DNA of 64,000 nucleotides, taken from an uncultured Chloroflexia bacterium (GTDB lineage: Bacteria > Chloroflexota > Limnocylindria > QHBO01). The DNA lies in the NCBI GenBank assembly GCA_963814375.1, contig CAWFCQ010000003.1, positions 160,001 to 224,000 on the forward strand. The letters are read 5' to 3'. Made by a program: the position numbers and the translations under genes. Shown piece by piece: positions 19,901 through 30,594 of the stretch. Every line of letters begins with the position of its first letter. Positions within the stretch are counted from its first letter, which is position 1. Under the pieces are notes generated by a model, which saw only the letters and a list, made by a program, of their open reading frames with translations, searched no databases and was not told where the DNA came from.

Positions 19901-22900
19901 GCGGGCGCGGCTCGTCCGCGAATCGCACGCCGCGCTCGATGGTGAACGGCGAGTGCGTGACATCCGCCTCGCGGTCGTAGATCGAGATGTCGACGACCTG
20001 CGCGTCGAACACGTCCTGCGCCCGCTCCCCGACCAGCTCGTACATCGCCTGGATGTCGAGCTCGGACGCCAGGCGGCGCTGGACGCTGTTCGTGATCGCA
20101 AGCTCGGCGGCGCGGCGGTCGGTTTCCGCCAGCAGCCGCTTCGTCTCGTCGAAGAGACGCGCGTTCTCGAGCGCGACGCTCAGGCTCGATGCAAGCGTGG
20201 TCAGCAGACGGACGCTCCCGTCGCTGAAGGCGTGCTCGCGGTCGACGTTCTGGAGCGAGATCGAGCCCCGCACCTGGTCGCCGACGACGAGCGGAGCGAA
20301 GACCATCGACTTCGGACGCTCGCCCACGATGGCCACATCCACCTCGTGCTCGGCCAGCCACCCATCGAGATCCTCGTTGATGACGAGCGCCCGCTTCTCG
20401 GTCATGAGGAGGCGTGCGAACCCGCTGAACGGCAGCACCGGGCTGACGAGCCGCTCCCCGCGCTCGATGCCGTAGGGAAACGACATCGTTTCGGAGGTGG
20501 AGTCGAACGTGTTGATCAGCACGGTCTGGGCATCGAAGATCTCGGCGATCTTGTCGCCGACCAGGTCGTACATCGACTGCATGTCGAGGTTCTGGGCCAG
20601 GCCCTCCTGGACCGAGTTGATGATCGCCAGCTCGGCGGCGCGCTCATCGGTCTCTGTCAGGAGGCGCTTCGTCTCGTCGAAGAGGCGCGCGTTCTCGAGC
20701 GCCACGCTGAGGCTCGACGCCAGGGTCGTGAGCAGGCGCACGTCCGATTCGGCAAACGCGCCCTCTCGGTCGAGGTTCTGGAGCGAGATGACGCCGCGCG
20801 CTTCGTCACCGACGATCAGGGGCGCGAAGAGATAGCCCTTCGGCTTCTCGCCCTGGATGGCGGCGGGCTGGCCCAGCTCGATCGCACGCTCCATCGCCCC
20901 TTCGTTGATGACGAGCGGCTCGCGCGTCTCGAGCACATACTTCCGGATCCCGAAGATGGGGATGGGCTCGTCGGGCCAGCGAACGCCGCGCTCGATCGTG
21001 TACGGGAACCGAATGACGCCGGCCGCACGATCCACGATGCCGATGTCGACGACCTGGGCATCGAAGATCTCCTGGATCTTCTCGCCGACGAGCTCGTACA
21101 TCGCCTGCATGTCGAGGTTCTGCGCCAGCCCTTCCTGCACGCTGTTCACGACAGCGAGCTCGGCGGCTCGCTCATCGGTTTCGGTCAGAAGGCGCTTGGT
21201 CTCGTCGAACAGGCGTGCATTGTCGAGCGCCACGCTGAGGCTGGCGGCGAGGGTGCTCAGCAGCCGCACATCCGAGTCGCTGAAGGCGTTGACGCGATCG
21301 AGGTTCTGGATCGAGATCCTTCCGCGCACCTCGCCGCCCACGATCATCGGGGCCATGAGCACCGACAGGGCCACTTCCCCCTGTATGTGTTGGGCCGCGC
21401 CGCTCTCCTGCTGCCATGCCACTGCGTCGCGGATGTACAGCGGCTGGCGCGTCTCGAGGACCGTGGTGGACATGGCCGAGTCGGTGATCGGGATCGTTTC
21501 GTTCGGCAGCGACTCGCCGCGCTCGATGCTGTATGGGTACGAGATCGTCCCGGCTGCCGTGTCGTAGATGCCGATGTCCGCGACCTGGGCGTCGAAGATC
21601 TCCTGGATCTTGTCGCCCACGAGGTCGTACATGGCCTGCATGTCAAGGTTCTGGGCGAGGCCTTCCTGCACGGAGTTGATGATCGCCAGCTCGGCGGCGC
21701 GCTCGTCCGTTTCCGTCAGCAGGCGCTTCGTCTCGTCGAACAGCCGCGCGTTCTCGAGCGCCACACTGAGGCTGGCCGCAAGCGTGCTCAGCAGACGCAT
21801 GTCCGACTCGCTGAACGCGTTGATGCGATCGAGGTTCTGGAGGGAGATCCTGCCGCGCACCTCGCCGCTGACGATGAGTGGCGCAATGAGCGCCGAGAGC
21901 GATGGCTCACCCTGGCTGACCTGCAGCGCTTGGCCCCGCACCCGGTCCCACTCGGGGATGTCATTCACGAGGGCCGGCTGACGGCTCTCCAGGACGAGCA
22001 CGGTGAGCGAGGAGTCCGCGATCGGCGTCGGCTGGTCGGGGAACCGCACGCCGCGCTCGATGCTGTAGGGATAGCGGACCAGGCCGGCCTCGAGATCGAG
22101 GATGCCGATGTCGACGACCTGCGCGTCGAAGATCTCCTGGATCTTGTCGCCGACGAGGTCATACATGGCCTGCATGTCGAGGTTGGCCGCCAGGCCCTCC
22201 TGGACGCTGTTGATGATCGCGAGCTCAGCGGCACGCTCGTCCGTCTCCGTCAGCAGCCGCTTCGTCTCGTCGAAGAGGCGCGCGTTCTCGAGCGCCACGC
22301 CCATGCTGGCGGCCAGGGTTCCGAGCAGTCGCTCGTCCGACTCGCTGAACCCGAAGGGTTCGGGGCGGTCGAGGTTGACGATGCCCAGGACGCGCCCGCT
22401 TGCCATGATCGGCACGCCCAACCACGACTCGCTTGCCGGAGCCTCCTCTTCGGGCAGGCCAACGATGATGGCGCCACGCTCGCGGGCTTCTTCGAGCGTG
22501 TTGAGGCGCAGTGGGACTCCGCTCGTGATGACCTGGGACGTCAGACCCGGACCCAGTTCCCAGCCTTCCACCTCGACGCGCTGACCGCGTTCCAGGAAGT
22601 ATGGGAACGAGACGAGGTTCGTCTGCGAGTCGTGAAGGGCGATTGAGACGGAGGCGACCTCGAAGATCGAGCGGATGCGATCGCCAATGAGGTCGATGAT
22701 GGCGCCGAAGTCGAGCTGCCTCGCCAGCGCCAGACCGATCTCGTTGACGAGGGCGAGCTCCGCATTCCGCTGGCGGGTCTCCTCGATCGCTCGGGCGCGC
22801 GTGAGGGCGGTGCCGATGTGATGCCCGACGAACGTGAGCAGCTCGAGGTCGCCTGGCGCGTACCGGCGATCGTCGCGGTACGTCTGGACCGCCACGACGC

Positions 22901-23393
22901 CGATGGACCGGCCATCCGCCATGAGCGGTACGCCCATCCACTCGACCGATGGCGCCCCGACGATCTCGATCTCGCCGGCCGCCGCCATCTCGGTGAATTG
23001 CTCCTCGTTCCACCACTGGGATCGGCTGGTCCGGAGCACGTAGGCCGTGGCGCCCTTCGCGTTACCCGTTCCGAACGGCTCCCATGTGTTGGGATCAGGA
23101 ATGTCCGAATCGACCTCGTCGCGGAAGAACGGGTAGTTGATGCGCTGGCGGGCCTCGTCGTAGAGGGCGATGTAGAAGTTGTCGGCGTACATGAGCTCGC
23201 CAACGATCTCGTGCATCGCGGCATAGAAGGACGGCATGTCGGCCGCGATGCTCGCCGTTTCGGCGATCCGATACAGGGCGGCCTGGACTCGCTCGGAGCG
23301 ATCGAGGTTCGCGACGCGCGCCTCGAGGTCGGCGATTCTCTTGTTGGCGGTGGCCAGCTCGTTGGCCAGGTCGTCGCTCAACCGATGGACCAT
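16965..23393 (-). CDS. Cytoplasmic hybrid histidine kinase with 9 GAF domains, HisKA, HATPase and 2 REC domains
   Basis: Repeated [15 protein letters not shown]...[11 protein letters not shown] linkers, [30 protein letters not shown] and two receiver domains. Start uncertain (23393-23477). Confidence 0.92.
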   Translation of the reverse strand: MVHRLSDDLANELATANKRIADLEARVANLDRSERVQAALYRIAETASIAADMPSFYAAMHEIVGELMYADNFYIALYDEARQRINYPFFRDEVDSDIPDPNTWEPFGTGNAKGATAYVLRTSRSQWWNEEQFTEMAAAGEIEIVGAPSVEWMGVPLMADGRSIGVVAVQTYRDDRRYAPGDLELLTFVGHHIGTALTRARAIEETRQRNAELALVNEIGLALARQLDFGAIIDLIGDRIRSIFEVASVSIALHDSQTNLVSFPYFLERGQRVEVEGWELGPGLTSQVITSGVPLRLNTLEEARERGAIIVGLPEEEAPASESWLGVPIMASGRVLGIVNLDRPEPFGFSESDERLLGTLAASMGVALENARLFDETKRLLTETDERAAELAIINSVQEGLAANLDMQAMYDLVGDKIQEIFDAQVVDIGILDLEAGLVRYPYSIERGVRFPDQPTPIADSSLTVLVLESRQPALVNDIPEWDRVRGQALQVSQGEPSLSALIAPLIVSGEVRGRISLQNLDRINAFSESDMRLLSTLAASLSVALENARLFDETKRLLTETDERAAELAIINSVQEGLAQNLDMQAMYDLVGDKIQEIFDAQVADIGIYDTAAGTISYPYSIERGESLPNETIPITDSAMSTTVLETRQPLYIRDAVAWQQESGAAQHIQGEVALSVLMAPMIVGGEVRGRISIQNLDRVNAFSDSDVRLLSTLAASLSVALDNARLFDETKRLLTETDERAAELAVVNSVQEGLAQNLDMQAMYELVGEKIQEIFDAQVVDIGIVDRAAGVIRFPYTIERGVRWPDEPIPIFGIRKYVLETREPLVINEGAMERAIELGQPAAIQGEKPKGYLFAPLIVGDEARGVISLQNLDREGAFAESDVRLLTTLASSLSVALENARLFDETKRLLTETDERAAELAIINSVQEGLAQNLDMQSMYDLVGDKIAEIFDAQTVLINTFDSTSETMSFPYGIERGERLVSPVLPFSGFARLLMTEKRALVINEDLDGWLAEHEVDVAIVGERPKSMVFAPLVVGDQVRGSISLQNVDREHAFSDGSVRLLTTLASSLSVALENARLFDETKRLLAETDRRAAELAITNSVQRRLASELDIQAMYELVGERAQDVFDAQVVDISIYDREADVTHSPFTIERGVRFADEPRPLIGFRKQVVESGEPILVTEDFAGRAAEVGQPAAIIGEPAKSAIFAPLAVGDETLGVVSIQNLDREQAFDERDVSLLTTIAASLSVALRTGRLIDETQQRVGELGTINSVGEALAAQLDLQPLLELVGDKTQEAFNADIAYVALVNQELGTIEFPYYVEGGEHPGQQPMALGEGLTSKVLERRRPMLLNRAADWAELGERGQGTLARSWLGVPIMAADHAIGVISIQSTSQEGRFGEADERLLSTIAANVGVAIQNARLFEETRRRAEEMAGLAEVGREVSATLDLSVVLEKIADRAKALLDADTSAVFLPQPDSDQLHAIVALGTMAQVILADAVTRGEGIIGDVATTGRAELVNSTSADSRSLTIPGTAEDEDDRLMAAPLTIGDEVAGVLVVWRFPGSGAFTAADLNFLIGLSQQAAIALQNARLFAAAEESRAAAEQANEAKSSFLAAMSHEIRTPLNAVIGMSGLLIDTPLDDEQRDFAETIRTSGDALLTIINDVLDFSKIEAGRVDLESRPFVLRDAIEASLDILAPTAAAKGLELVYAVDEDLPVALVGDAGRLRQMVLNLLSNAVKFTESGEVVVTVSGAPMSGRRAEGRWEIGIDVRDTGIGIQPDAMGKLFQSFSQVDASIARRYGGTGLGLAISRRLAELMDGTLTAESSGVPGEGSVFRLAVRMAEASPDAVASVRPMRIAADLTGRSVLIVDDNATNRRILVAQTARWGMVAKATGSPREALDWLRAGERFEIALFDLLMPELDGLELAEAVAGLASGVAATMPVVILSSIGMREREGAHIASWLAKPVKPSALHDTIATLLLGMVAERPAPTEADGDGRTLGQRHPLRILLAEDNPVNQKLAKRLLTQMSYAAEVATDGLEALAALEHDTYDVVLMDVQMPELDGLGATREIRTRWPDRPLWIVAMTANAMAGDREACLAAGMNDYLSKPIRRQELADALQRAPSSANGMQPTKRGKGSARARA

Positions 23394-23543
23394 CGGCGCA
23401 TGCGTCGCTCGCGTGGGATCACGGGGTACTCCTGCTCGGTCGCCTCGCCGGGCGATCATCGGCGATGGCCGCGACATTCTGCGCGAACCGCCCCGGCTCC
23501 GTCGAGCAAGGAGGCGACAGCGCGGTTGTGCGCGCCGAAGTGA

Positions 23544-23906
23544 TGGTGGAGATGGGGGAGAATCGAACTCCCCGTCCAGAACACATTCCCCGGGAACTTC
23601 CTACAGGCATTTCCGGCCAACTTGGGTTTCGCGTCGCGGACCCCCGACCGGCGGGGTGCCTCGCTTGCTATCCGGTGATGCCTCTCGGCTCTTTGGCGTC
23701 GCTCACCGGAGTCGGCGGCGCCGCACCTCCCCTAATGACATCTTCGCCGTCCGGGGAGGGGGGACGACGTCGATGCTCACTGCCTAAGCAGCGAGGGCGT
23801 AACTATCGTTGCCAGTTACAGCAATTGCCCGCTGTTTAACGAGGCCTGCGAGCACCCTCGGCCTGCGATCCCCGGTTCACGGGCCCTGTCGAAACCTGAC
23901 ATCCCC
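23544..23906 (-). ncRNA. ssrA: tmRNA; tag peptide (A)GNDSYALAA* encoded at 23813-23784
   Basis: 5' GGGGATGTCAGGTTTCGAC and 3' GAGTTCGATTCTCCCCCATCTCCACCA; adjacent to smpB; extended -10 TGGTAGAAT near 23927-23935. Confidence 0.96.
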
Positions 23907-24148
23907 ACGAACCGATTCGGACGCGCATTCTACCAGAATCGTTCGTATCGATGAGAACGGGTGTTCTATCAGCCCTGACCGTCGTGATTCACGCAAGGTG
24001 GGCGTTATCGGGCACGGATGCGCTGGAAGCGTCCGAATTCACACCCCGGCGGGCGGAGACGCCGATTTCGACTGTTCGGCGCCCCAATCCATGCGTAGCG
24101 CCCACGACGTGTGAATCTGGCACGTTCGCGAGGCCGACCACCGCAACG

Positions 24149-24613
24149 CTAGAGCTTGATGCGGCCCGCGGCCTTTGTCTCGCGCTCGAGCTCGCGTCGC
24201 ATGTCCCGTTCGGCGATGGTGCGGCGCTTGTCGTGGGACTTCTTGCCGCGCGCCACGCCGATCTCGAGCTTTGCCACACCGCCGCGGACGTAGAGCCGGA
24301 GCGGGACGATCGTCAGTCCCTTGGCCGACTGGAGCCCGAGCAGCTCCGAGATCTGGTCGCGGTGGAGGAGCAGCTTCCGCGTTCGCGCCGGCGCGTGGTT
24401 GTACCGGTTGCCCTGCTCGTACTCGGCGATGTGCGCGCCGATCAGCCAGGCCTCACCACGCTCGATCCGGACGTACGCCTCGGCGATGTTGACCTTGTGG
24501 GCCCGGATGCTCTTGATCTCGGTGCCGGTCAGCACGAGGCCGGCCTCGAGTGTGTCCTCGATGGCGTAGTCGTGGCGTGCGCGCCGGTTGACGGAGATCG
24601 TCTCGTCGGGCAT
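24149..24613 (-). CDS. smpB: SsrA-binding protein SmpB
   Basis: NRRARHDY, EAGLVLTGTEIKS, RTRKLLLH and ARGKKSHDKR. Confidence 0.97.
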   Translation of the reverse strand: MPDETISVNRRARHDYAIEDTLEAGLVLTGTEIKSIRAHKVNIAEAYVRIERGEAWLIGAHIAEYEQGNRYNHAPARTRKLLLHRDQISELLGLQSAKGLTIVPLRLYVRGGVAKLEIGVARGKKSHDKRRTIAERDMRRELERETKAAGRIKL

Positions 24614-24640
24614 CGGTACCTCGCGGAGGAGTCGGCGGAA

Positions 24641-24672
24641 ATGGAAAGAGCCGGCCGTTTCGGCCGGCTCTC
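24641..24672 (-). terminator. Intrinsic terminator
   Basis: Minus strand reads GAGCCGGCCG-AAA-CGGCCGGCTC (perfect 10-bp stem) followed by TTTCCATTT. Confidence 0.75.
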
Positions 24673-24699
24673 GCCTGCGCTACACCACGCGAAGCCGTG

Positions 24700-24741
24700 T
24701 TATCGCACCGCCTCGGTGGTGGCGTGCTTGGAACTACTCAT
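24700..24741 (-). CDS. Putative 13-aa small peptide MSSSKHATTEAVR
   Basis: SD AAGGAGGT at 24757-24750, 8 nt before ATG; extended -10 TGCTAGGAT upstream; terminator downstream. Confidence 0.5.
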   Translation of the reverse strand: MSSSKHATTEAVR

Positions 24742-24772
24742 TGCACACCACCTCCTTCCGTTGCCGGCGATC

Positions 24773-26152
24773 CTAGCAGATGGGTCGGGGCGCCACAATC
24801 CCGACGACCGCGGGCAATTTCACCGCCGCAGACGGCGATCCGGACGGCGCCGGCGTTGCCTCGCCGTCGGCGATCGGCTGGTCGGCCAGGTACGCGAGCG
24901 CCGCATCGAGGGCCGGGTCCTCCTCCGGAGGCGTCTCCGCCGAGCGCGCCGCCGCGATGTCGGGCTGGATGCCGTCAGGGGCGACGCTATTGTGCTCCGG
25001 CGTGAACCAGCGGCTGATCGTGATGCGCACGCCGCCCTCGTTCGCGAGGCGGCCCCACACCTGGACCGTGTTCTTCCCGAAGGTCGGCTCGCCGATGAGC
25101 GTGGCGCGCTCTCGCTCCTGGAGCGCCGCGGCCACGATCTCGGAGGCTGACGCCGAGCCGCCGTTGACGAGCACGACGACCTCGATCTCGGGGTCGATTG
25201 CCACGCCCTCACCGGTCGACTCGTAGCGCTTGACATCGTCGTCGGCGGACTCCTGCGTGAAGATCAGGCCGTCGTCCACGAACTGGCTGGCGATCTGCTG
25301 CGCGGCGTCGATATAGCCACCCGGGTTGTCACGCAGGTCGAACACGATCTGGTCGGCGCCCTGGTCGAGCAGCTCCTGGAGCCCGGCGGCGAACTGCTCG
25401 CTGGCCGGAGCGCTGAAGCCGTTGAGACCGATGTAGCCGACATGGCCGTCGATCAGCCGCGTCTCGACCTCCTGGAGCATGATCTCGGAGCGCGTGATGG
25501 TGACGTCGAATGGCTCGCCGCCGTCGCGCTCCATGGTCAGGGTCACGTCCGTGCCCGACTCGCCGCGGATCTTGCTGATCTGGTCGTTCATCGTCGACCC
25601 GTCGACCGTCTCGCCGTCGACGGCGAGCACGAAGTCGCCCGCCTGGAGGCCAGCCGCCTCGGCCGGGGAGTCAGCGAGCGGCGCGACGACCACGAGGCGA
25701 CAGGTTGCCGTGAACTCGGTGCAGGCCGCCAGGTCGGCGGGATCCTCGGTGTTGCTGATCGCCATCTCGGCACCGATGCCGCTGAAGCTGCCCGACAGGT
25801 CGCCCAGCGCCTGCTGGTACTGCTCCGGGGGCATGTAGCCCGAGTACGGATCCTCCACCCCGTACTGGAACATGCCGCGAATGGCGCCCTCCGCCAGCTT
25901 GGTGGCGTCGAGCTCGTCCACGTACTCGGCCTGGAGGCGGTCATACGCCTCGCAGAACGCGCCGAACGCCTCGTCGGGCGCCGCGCAGCCGTCACCGCCG
26001 CCGGCACCACCGCCGGCGAGGTAGCCGCCGATGAAGAGGACGGCGCCGACCACCGCCGCCAGCGCGAGCGAGATGATCCAGGCGATGGGTCCGCCGCGCA
26101 TCGGTGATGGCGCGGGCGAGGGCGTCGAGTTCTGGGGTGTCTGATCGATCAT
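24773..26152 (-). CDS. S41 carboxyl-terminal processing protease (CtpA/Prc-like) with PDZ domain
   Basis: N-terminal TM, FSGIGAE, DLRDNPGG, SASASEIVAAAL and TFGKNTVQ. Confidence 0.93.
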   Translation of the reverse strand: MIDQTPQNSTPSPAPSPMRGGPIAWIISLALAAVVGAVLFIGGYLAGGGAGGGDGCAAPDEAFGAFCEAYDRLQAEYVDELDATKLAEGAIRGMFQYGVEDPYSGYMPPEQYQQALGDLSGSFSGIGAEMAISNTEDPADLAACTEFTATCRLVVVAPLADSPAEAAGLQAGDFVLAVDGETVDGSTMNDQISKIRGESGTDVTLTMERDGGEPFDVTITRSEIMLQEVETRLIDGHVGYIGLNGFSAPASEQFAAGLQELLDQGADQIVFDLRDNPGGYIDAAQQIASQFVDDGLIFTQESADDDVKRYESTGEGVAIDPEIEVVVLVNGGSASASEIVAAALQERERATLIGEPTFGKNTVQVWGRLANEGGVRITISRWFTPEHNSVAPDGIQPDIAAARSAETPPEEDPALDAALAYLADQPIADGEATPAPSGSPSAAVKLPAVVGIVAPRPIC

Positions 26153-26226
26153 GGGAGGCCGAGTCTAGCGTCGGTCCATGGGCATCGGGTTGCGCGCTGA
26201 TTACGGTTCGGAAACCCGTCCGAGGC

Positions 26227-27120
26227 CTAGCGGGCGGCCGCGAGGTACGAGCGGACGCTGATCCAGGAGCCCAGCGCGCCGAGGCCGACGCCGACGCCGA
26301 AGATGAGGACCGAGATCGTCGCGAGGAACTGCGAGCTGACGGCGGTCGGCATCTGGAAGAGGCCCACCATGCTCGGCTGGATCGGCTCCCACACGGCGGC
26401 CACGATGAAGACCGTCACGATCGCTCCGATCAGCCCGCACAGGATTCCCTCGAGGATGAACGGCCAGCGGATGAACGAGTCGGAGGCGCCGACGAGGCGC
26501 ATGATCTCGATCTCGGTGGCCCTGCTGTGGACGGCGATTCGGATCGTATTGATGATCATGAACAGCACGGTCAGCCCCACCAGCCCGACGACCGCGATGC
26601 CCACTGTGCGGATGACGTTGATGATCCCGAGCAGCGTCTCGTACTCGGCCTGCTTCGTCAGGATCCGCTCCACCTGTGGGTGATCGTCCAGCGCCGCGAC
26701 GACGGCGCCGGAGGACTCCGCATCGGTCAGGGTGATCTCGAAGCTGGCGAAGATCTCGATTGTCGCGCCCCCGAGGTCGAGCTCCTGGCCCATCTCGCGG
26801 TAGGTCGCGCGCAGGCGGTCGAGAGCCTCGGCGGGCGAGACGTAGTCGACGTCGGCCACGCCCGGGATCGCGCGGATCTCGTCGCGCATCTCCTCCCGCT
26901 GCGCGTAGGACAGCTGGTCGACGAGGCGCGCGGTCACGCCGACCTTGCTCTCGATGAACTCGAGGCCCGAGTTCAGGCCGCTGATCACAATGAACAGCGC
27001 CGCCAGCAGGACGAGCATGAGCACCACGGTCGCCGTGGCGGCCAGGCTCATCATCGCGTTGCGCCAGAACCCCTGCCAGGCGCGCACGACGCTGAAGCCG
27101 ACGAAGCGCATGAAGGCCAT
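26227..27120 (-). CDS. ftsX: Cell division permease FtsX
   Basis: IINTIRIAVHSRATEIEIMRLVGASDSFIRWPFILEG. Confidence 0.94.
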   Translation of the reverse strand: MAFMRFVGFSVVRAWQGFWRNAMMSLAATATVVLMLVLLAALFIVISGLNSGLEFIESKVGVTARLVDQLSYAQREEMRDEIRAIPGVADVDYVSPAEALDRLRATYREMGQELDLGGATIEIFASFEITLTDAESSGAVVAALDDHPQVERILTKQAEYETLLGIINVIRTVGIAVVGLVGLTVLFMIINTIRIAVHSRATEIEIMRLVGASDSFIRWPFILEGILCGLIGAIVTVFIVAAVWEPIQPSMVGLFQMPTAVSSQFLATISVLIFGVGVGLGALGSWISVRSYLAAAR

Positions 27121-27123
27121 CGG

Positions 27124-27861
27124 TCAGTACTCTCGCTCGTAGGCCGCGGCGGCCTCGTCGCGGACGAGATGGCCGTCCTCGAGCGCCAGCACGCGGCGGC
27201 GCATCGCGTTCACGATCTCCTGGTTGTGGGTCGCCATCAGGACCGTCGTGCCGAGCTGGTTGATGGCGATCAGCAGCTGGATGATCTCCCAGCTCGTGAC
27301 CGGGTCGAGATTTCCCGTCGGCTCGTCGGCGATGAGAATGGCCGGATCGTGGACCAGCGCGCGTGCGATGGCCGTTCGCTGCTGCTCCCCGCCGGAGAGC
27401 TGCGTCGGCAGGTGCTGCGCGTGGTCATGGAGCCCGACGAGGTTGAGCAGCTGCGGCACCCGCTGGCGGATGCGCGATCCGGCCGCGCCGGTGACCTCGA
27501 GGGCGAAGGCGACGTTCTCCCACACCGTCTTGTTCGGCAGCAGCCGGAAGTCCTGGAAGACGATGCCGATGCGGCGACGGAGCTCGGGCACCTGGCCGCG
27601 CCGCAGCCGATGCAGGTCGCGGCCGGCGACGGTCACGCGGCCGGTGGTCGGGACCTGCTCGCGGATGAGCAGGCGGATGAAGGTGCTCTTTCCGGCGCCA
27701 GACGGACCGACCAGGAAGACGAAGTCGCCGCTCGGAATGCTGACGTTCACATCGGCCAGGGCGACCTTGCCATTGGGATATCGCATGCCGACGTCGACCA
27801 TGCCGATGACCGCGGTGTCGACGGGTTCGGTGCTTGTTCGGCGGCGCAAGAGGGATGTCAT
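27124..27861 (-). CDS. ftsE: Cell division ATP-binding protein FtsE
   Basis: FLVGPSGAGKST, IGIVFQDFRLL, LSGGEQQR and ADEPTGNLDP. Confidence 0.95.
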   Translation of the reverse strand: MTSLLRRRTSTEPVDTAVIGMVDVGMRYPNGKVALADVNVSIPSGDFVFLVGPSGAGKSTFIRLLIREQVPTTGRVTVAGRDLHRLRRGQVPELRRRIGIVFQDFRLLPNKTVWENVAFALEVTGAAGSRIRQRVPQLLNLVGLHDHAQHLPTQLSGGEQQRTAIARALVHDPAILIADEPTGNLDPVTSWEIIQLLIAINQLGTTVLMATHNQEIVNAMRRRVLALEDGHLVRDEAAAAYEREY

Positions 27862-27944
27862 CGGTGCGCCGACGATGGTACCCAAAGCCACCGGGCCTAG
27901 ATCGACGCGCGGAACGGTCGCCTGCCGCTAGCCTGCTCAGCGGA

Positions 27945-29186
27945 ATGAGCCGCGTCATCGACACCCTGGCGCCCCCGCGCCTCGGCGTCGGGTTCCGCTG
28001 GTTGCTCGCCTCGTCATGGATCAGCAACCTCGGCGACGGCATCGCCATCGCGGCAGGACCCCTGCTCGTCGCGTCGCTCACGGACGACGCGTTCCTCATC
28101 GCGCTCGCCGCGATGGTCCAGTGGCTCCCCCAGCTGCTCTTCGCGCTCTTCGCCGGGGCGCTGTCCGATCGCCTCGACCGACGCTCGATCGTGGTGACCG
28201 TCGACATCATTCGCGCCGGAGTGCTGGCGATCATCGCCACCTCGATCGTGACTGGCACCGTCTCGATCGGCGTCGTGCTGGTCGCCCTCTTCGTCGTGTC
28301 GACCGCCGAGGTGTTCGCCGACAACGCGTCGCAGACGTTGCTTCCGATGCTCGTGCGCCGCGAGGATCTCGTGCTGGCGAACGGGCGGATCCAGGCCGGC
28401 TTCGTGACGATCAACCAGCTCGCCGGCCCGCCCATCGGCGCGGCGCTGTTCGTGATCGGGACGTCCCTGCCGTTCATCGGCCAGGCGATCCTGGTCGCCG
28501 CCGGTGCCGCCCTGGTGAGCCGCATCGCCCTGCCGGCGCATCGCCGTGATCCGGAGATGCGGAGCGCCGTCCGCCACGAGATCGCGGAGGGCTTCCGATG
28601 GGTCCGTCACCACGCCGCGGTCCGCACGCTGGTGCTGACGATCTTCATCTTCAACATCACCTTCGGCGCCGCCTGGTCGGTGCTGGTCCTGTACGCGGCG
28701 GAGCGGCTCGGGCTGGGCGAGATCGGATTTGGGCTGCTCACAACTGTCTCGGCGGCAGGCGGCCTGTTGGGGACGGTCACCTACGGGTGGATCACGCGAC
28801 GCGTCAGCCTCGGCAACATCATGCGCATCGGGCTCATCGTCGAGACCCTCACCCACCTTGGCCTGGCCATCACGACCGTCCCCGTGGTCGCTGCGGCGAT
28901 CTTCTTCGTGTTCGGCGTCCACGCCTTCGTGTGGGGCACGACCTCGGTGGCCGTCCGGCAGCGAGCGGTCCCGACGGAGCTCCAGGGTCGCGTCGGCAGC
29001 GTGAACACCGTCGGCGTCTTCGGTGGCCTGGTCGTCGGCTCGGCCCTGGGCGGCCTGCTTGCCCAGCGCTTCGGCGTCACGGCGCCGTTCTGGTTCGCCT
29101 TCGCCGGCTCAGCCGTCTTCCTGGTCGCGATCTGGGGTCAGCTGAGGCACATCGCCCACGCCGACGACCCCCCGGAGGATGGCTAG
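27945..29186 (+). CDS. MFS transporter (MFS_3/DHA3-like)
   Basis: SNLGDGI, GALSDRLDRR and VPTELQGRV; about 12 TM segments. Confidence 0.9.
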   Translation: MSRVIDTLAPPRLGVGFRWLLASSWISNLGDGIAIAAGPLLVASLTDDAFLIALAAMVQWLPQLLFALFAGALSDRLDRRSIVVTVDIIRAGVLAIIATSIVTGTVSIGVVLVALFVVSTAEVFADNASQTLLPMLVRREDLVLANGRIQAGFVTINQLAGPPIGAALFVIGTSLPFIGQAILVAAGAALVSRIALPAHRRDPEMRSAVRHEIAEGFRWVRHHAAVRTLVLTIFIFNITFGAAWSVLVLYAAERLGLGEIGFGLLTTVSAAGGLLGTVTYGWITRRVSLGNIMRIGLIVETLTHLGLAITTVPVVAAAIFFVFGVHAFVWGTTSVAVRQRAVPTELQGRVGSVNTVGVFGGLVVGSALGGLLAQRFGVTAPFWFAFAGSAVFLVAIWGQLRHIAHADDPPEDG

Positions 29187-30308
29187 GCCGCGGGGGCCGG
29201 ATCCCCCTCGCCGACGCGCGAGCGCAGGTACCCCTCGATGAACGCGTCGAGGTCGCCGTCGAGGACCGCGCTCGGGTTCGACGTCTCGACGCCGGTGCGG
29301 AGGTCCTTGACCATCGTGTAGGGCTGGAGCACGTAGCTGCGGATCTGGTTGCCCCAGCCGGCCTCGACGTGCTCGCCGCGCAGCCGGGCCATCTCGGCCT
29401 CTCGCTCCTCCATCTGGCGCTCGATGAGCTTGGCGCGCAGCACGGCCATCGCCCGATCGCGGTTCTGGTGCTGGCTGCGCTCGCTCTGCACGGCGACGAC
29501 GATGCCCGTCGGGTTGTGGGTGATGCGCACCGCGGAGTCGGTCTTGTTGACATGCTGGCCGCCGGCCCCGCTGGAGCGATAGGTATCCACCCGCAGGTCC
29601 TTCTCGTCGATCTCGACCGCGGCGTCCTCCGGGACCTCGGGCATCACCTCGACGAGGGCGAAGCTCGTGTGCCGCCGCTTCTGCGAGTCGTATGGGCTGA
29701 TCCGCACCAGCCGATGCACCCCCCGCTCGCTGCGCAGGTTGCCGTACGCCCAGCGGCCGTCGATCGAGAACGAGACGGATTTCAGGCCGGCCTCTTCGCC
29801 CTCGGTCGCCTCGAGGATCTCGGTCCGGAAGCGCCGCGTCTCCGCCCAGCGCAGGTACATGCGCAGCAGCATCTCGGCCCAGTCCTGGCTCTCCGTGCCG
29901 CCGGCGCCCGCATGGACCGATACGATCGCGCCGCGCTCGTCGAAGGGCTCTCCGAGGAGCAGCTGCTGCTCCATGCGGCCCCAATCGGCCTGGAGCGCGG
30001 CGAGGTCCCGCTCGAGGTCCGGCAGGAGCGTTGCCGCCGCCTCCGGATCGGCGGCCGCCATCTCGGCCATCTCGGCCAGACCGTCGGCGCGCTGCGCGAG
30101 CTCGCGCCAGGTCTGGATGCCCGAGCGCAGCTCCTCGGCGCGTCGCATGATCGCCTGAGCCTCCGCCGGATCGTTCCAGAGGTCGGGGTCGGCGGAGCGC
30201 TCCGTCAGCTCGGCGAGCTCGGCCTCGTCGCGAGCGTGGTCAAAGGCGCACCGCGGTGTCGCGCACGAGGCCGGCCAGCCGCCGCGCCTCGTCCCTAATT
30301 GCGTCCAA
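29183..30308 (-). CDS. prfB: Peptide chain release factor 2 with programmed +1 frameshift at CTT TGA C (30245-30239)
   Basis: TTG start at 30308 gives MDAIRDEARRLAGLVRDTAVRL, then CTT-TGA-C, then DHARDE...DPDLWNDP. GGQ motif and SPY anticodon present. Confidence 0.94.
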
Positions 30309-30594
30309 CGGCCGCCACCATCGGGAGCTCGGCCATCTCGGCCAGCCGGTTCTGCTTGGTGCGGACCTTCGCCGGGTTCACGCAGGGGCAGTAGCTCTGA
30401 CGCGGGCAGACGCCGCAGTTGCCGTCGCAGTCGAGCGTCGCGGCGTAGCTGCAGCGCATGCAGTCACGCTCGCACATGATCAAGTCTTCGTAGGGTTGGT
30501 TGGGGTCTCGGAAGCGGGTGACCGGTGGGAGGTGGGCCGCCGTGCTCACCGGGAGCGGGACGGAGACCCTGGGAGGTGCGGTCAGTTGCTTCAA
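30295..30594 (-). CDS. Small Cys-rich protein with two CxxxCxxC motifs plus CxC
   Basis: GGAGGG SD then TTG at 30594; CERDCMRC...CDGNCGVC...CPC; stop overlaps the prfB start; -10 TAGGAT near 30656-30661. Confidence 0.6.
   Translation of the reverse strand: MKQLTAPPRVSVPLPVSTAAHLPPVTRFRDPNQPYEDLIMCERDCMRCSYAATLDCDGNCGVCPRQSYCPCVNPAKVRTKQNRLAEMAELPMVAAVGRN

Noticed and set aside
18540-22646. Long antisense ORFs (1368 aa here; also 4348..7086, 31093..34140, 37192..39150, 40178..41887, 9636..11006)
   Set aside because: They are shadow frames opposite well-supported genes, expected at this GC content, and carry no recognisable motifs.
14880-23543. Genomic island integrated at the ssrA 3' end
   Set aside because: No integrase, no duplicated ssrA 3' end was found, and composition matches the host.
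23544-23580. tRNA-like T-arm and CCA end
   Set aside because: This is the 3' tRNA-like domain of tmRNA, not a separate tRNA.
30380-30480. Radical SAM enzyme call from CxxxCxxC
   Set aside because: The ORF is far too short for a radical SAM barrel; it is kept only as a small Cys-rich protein.
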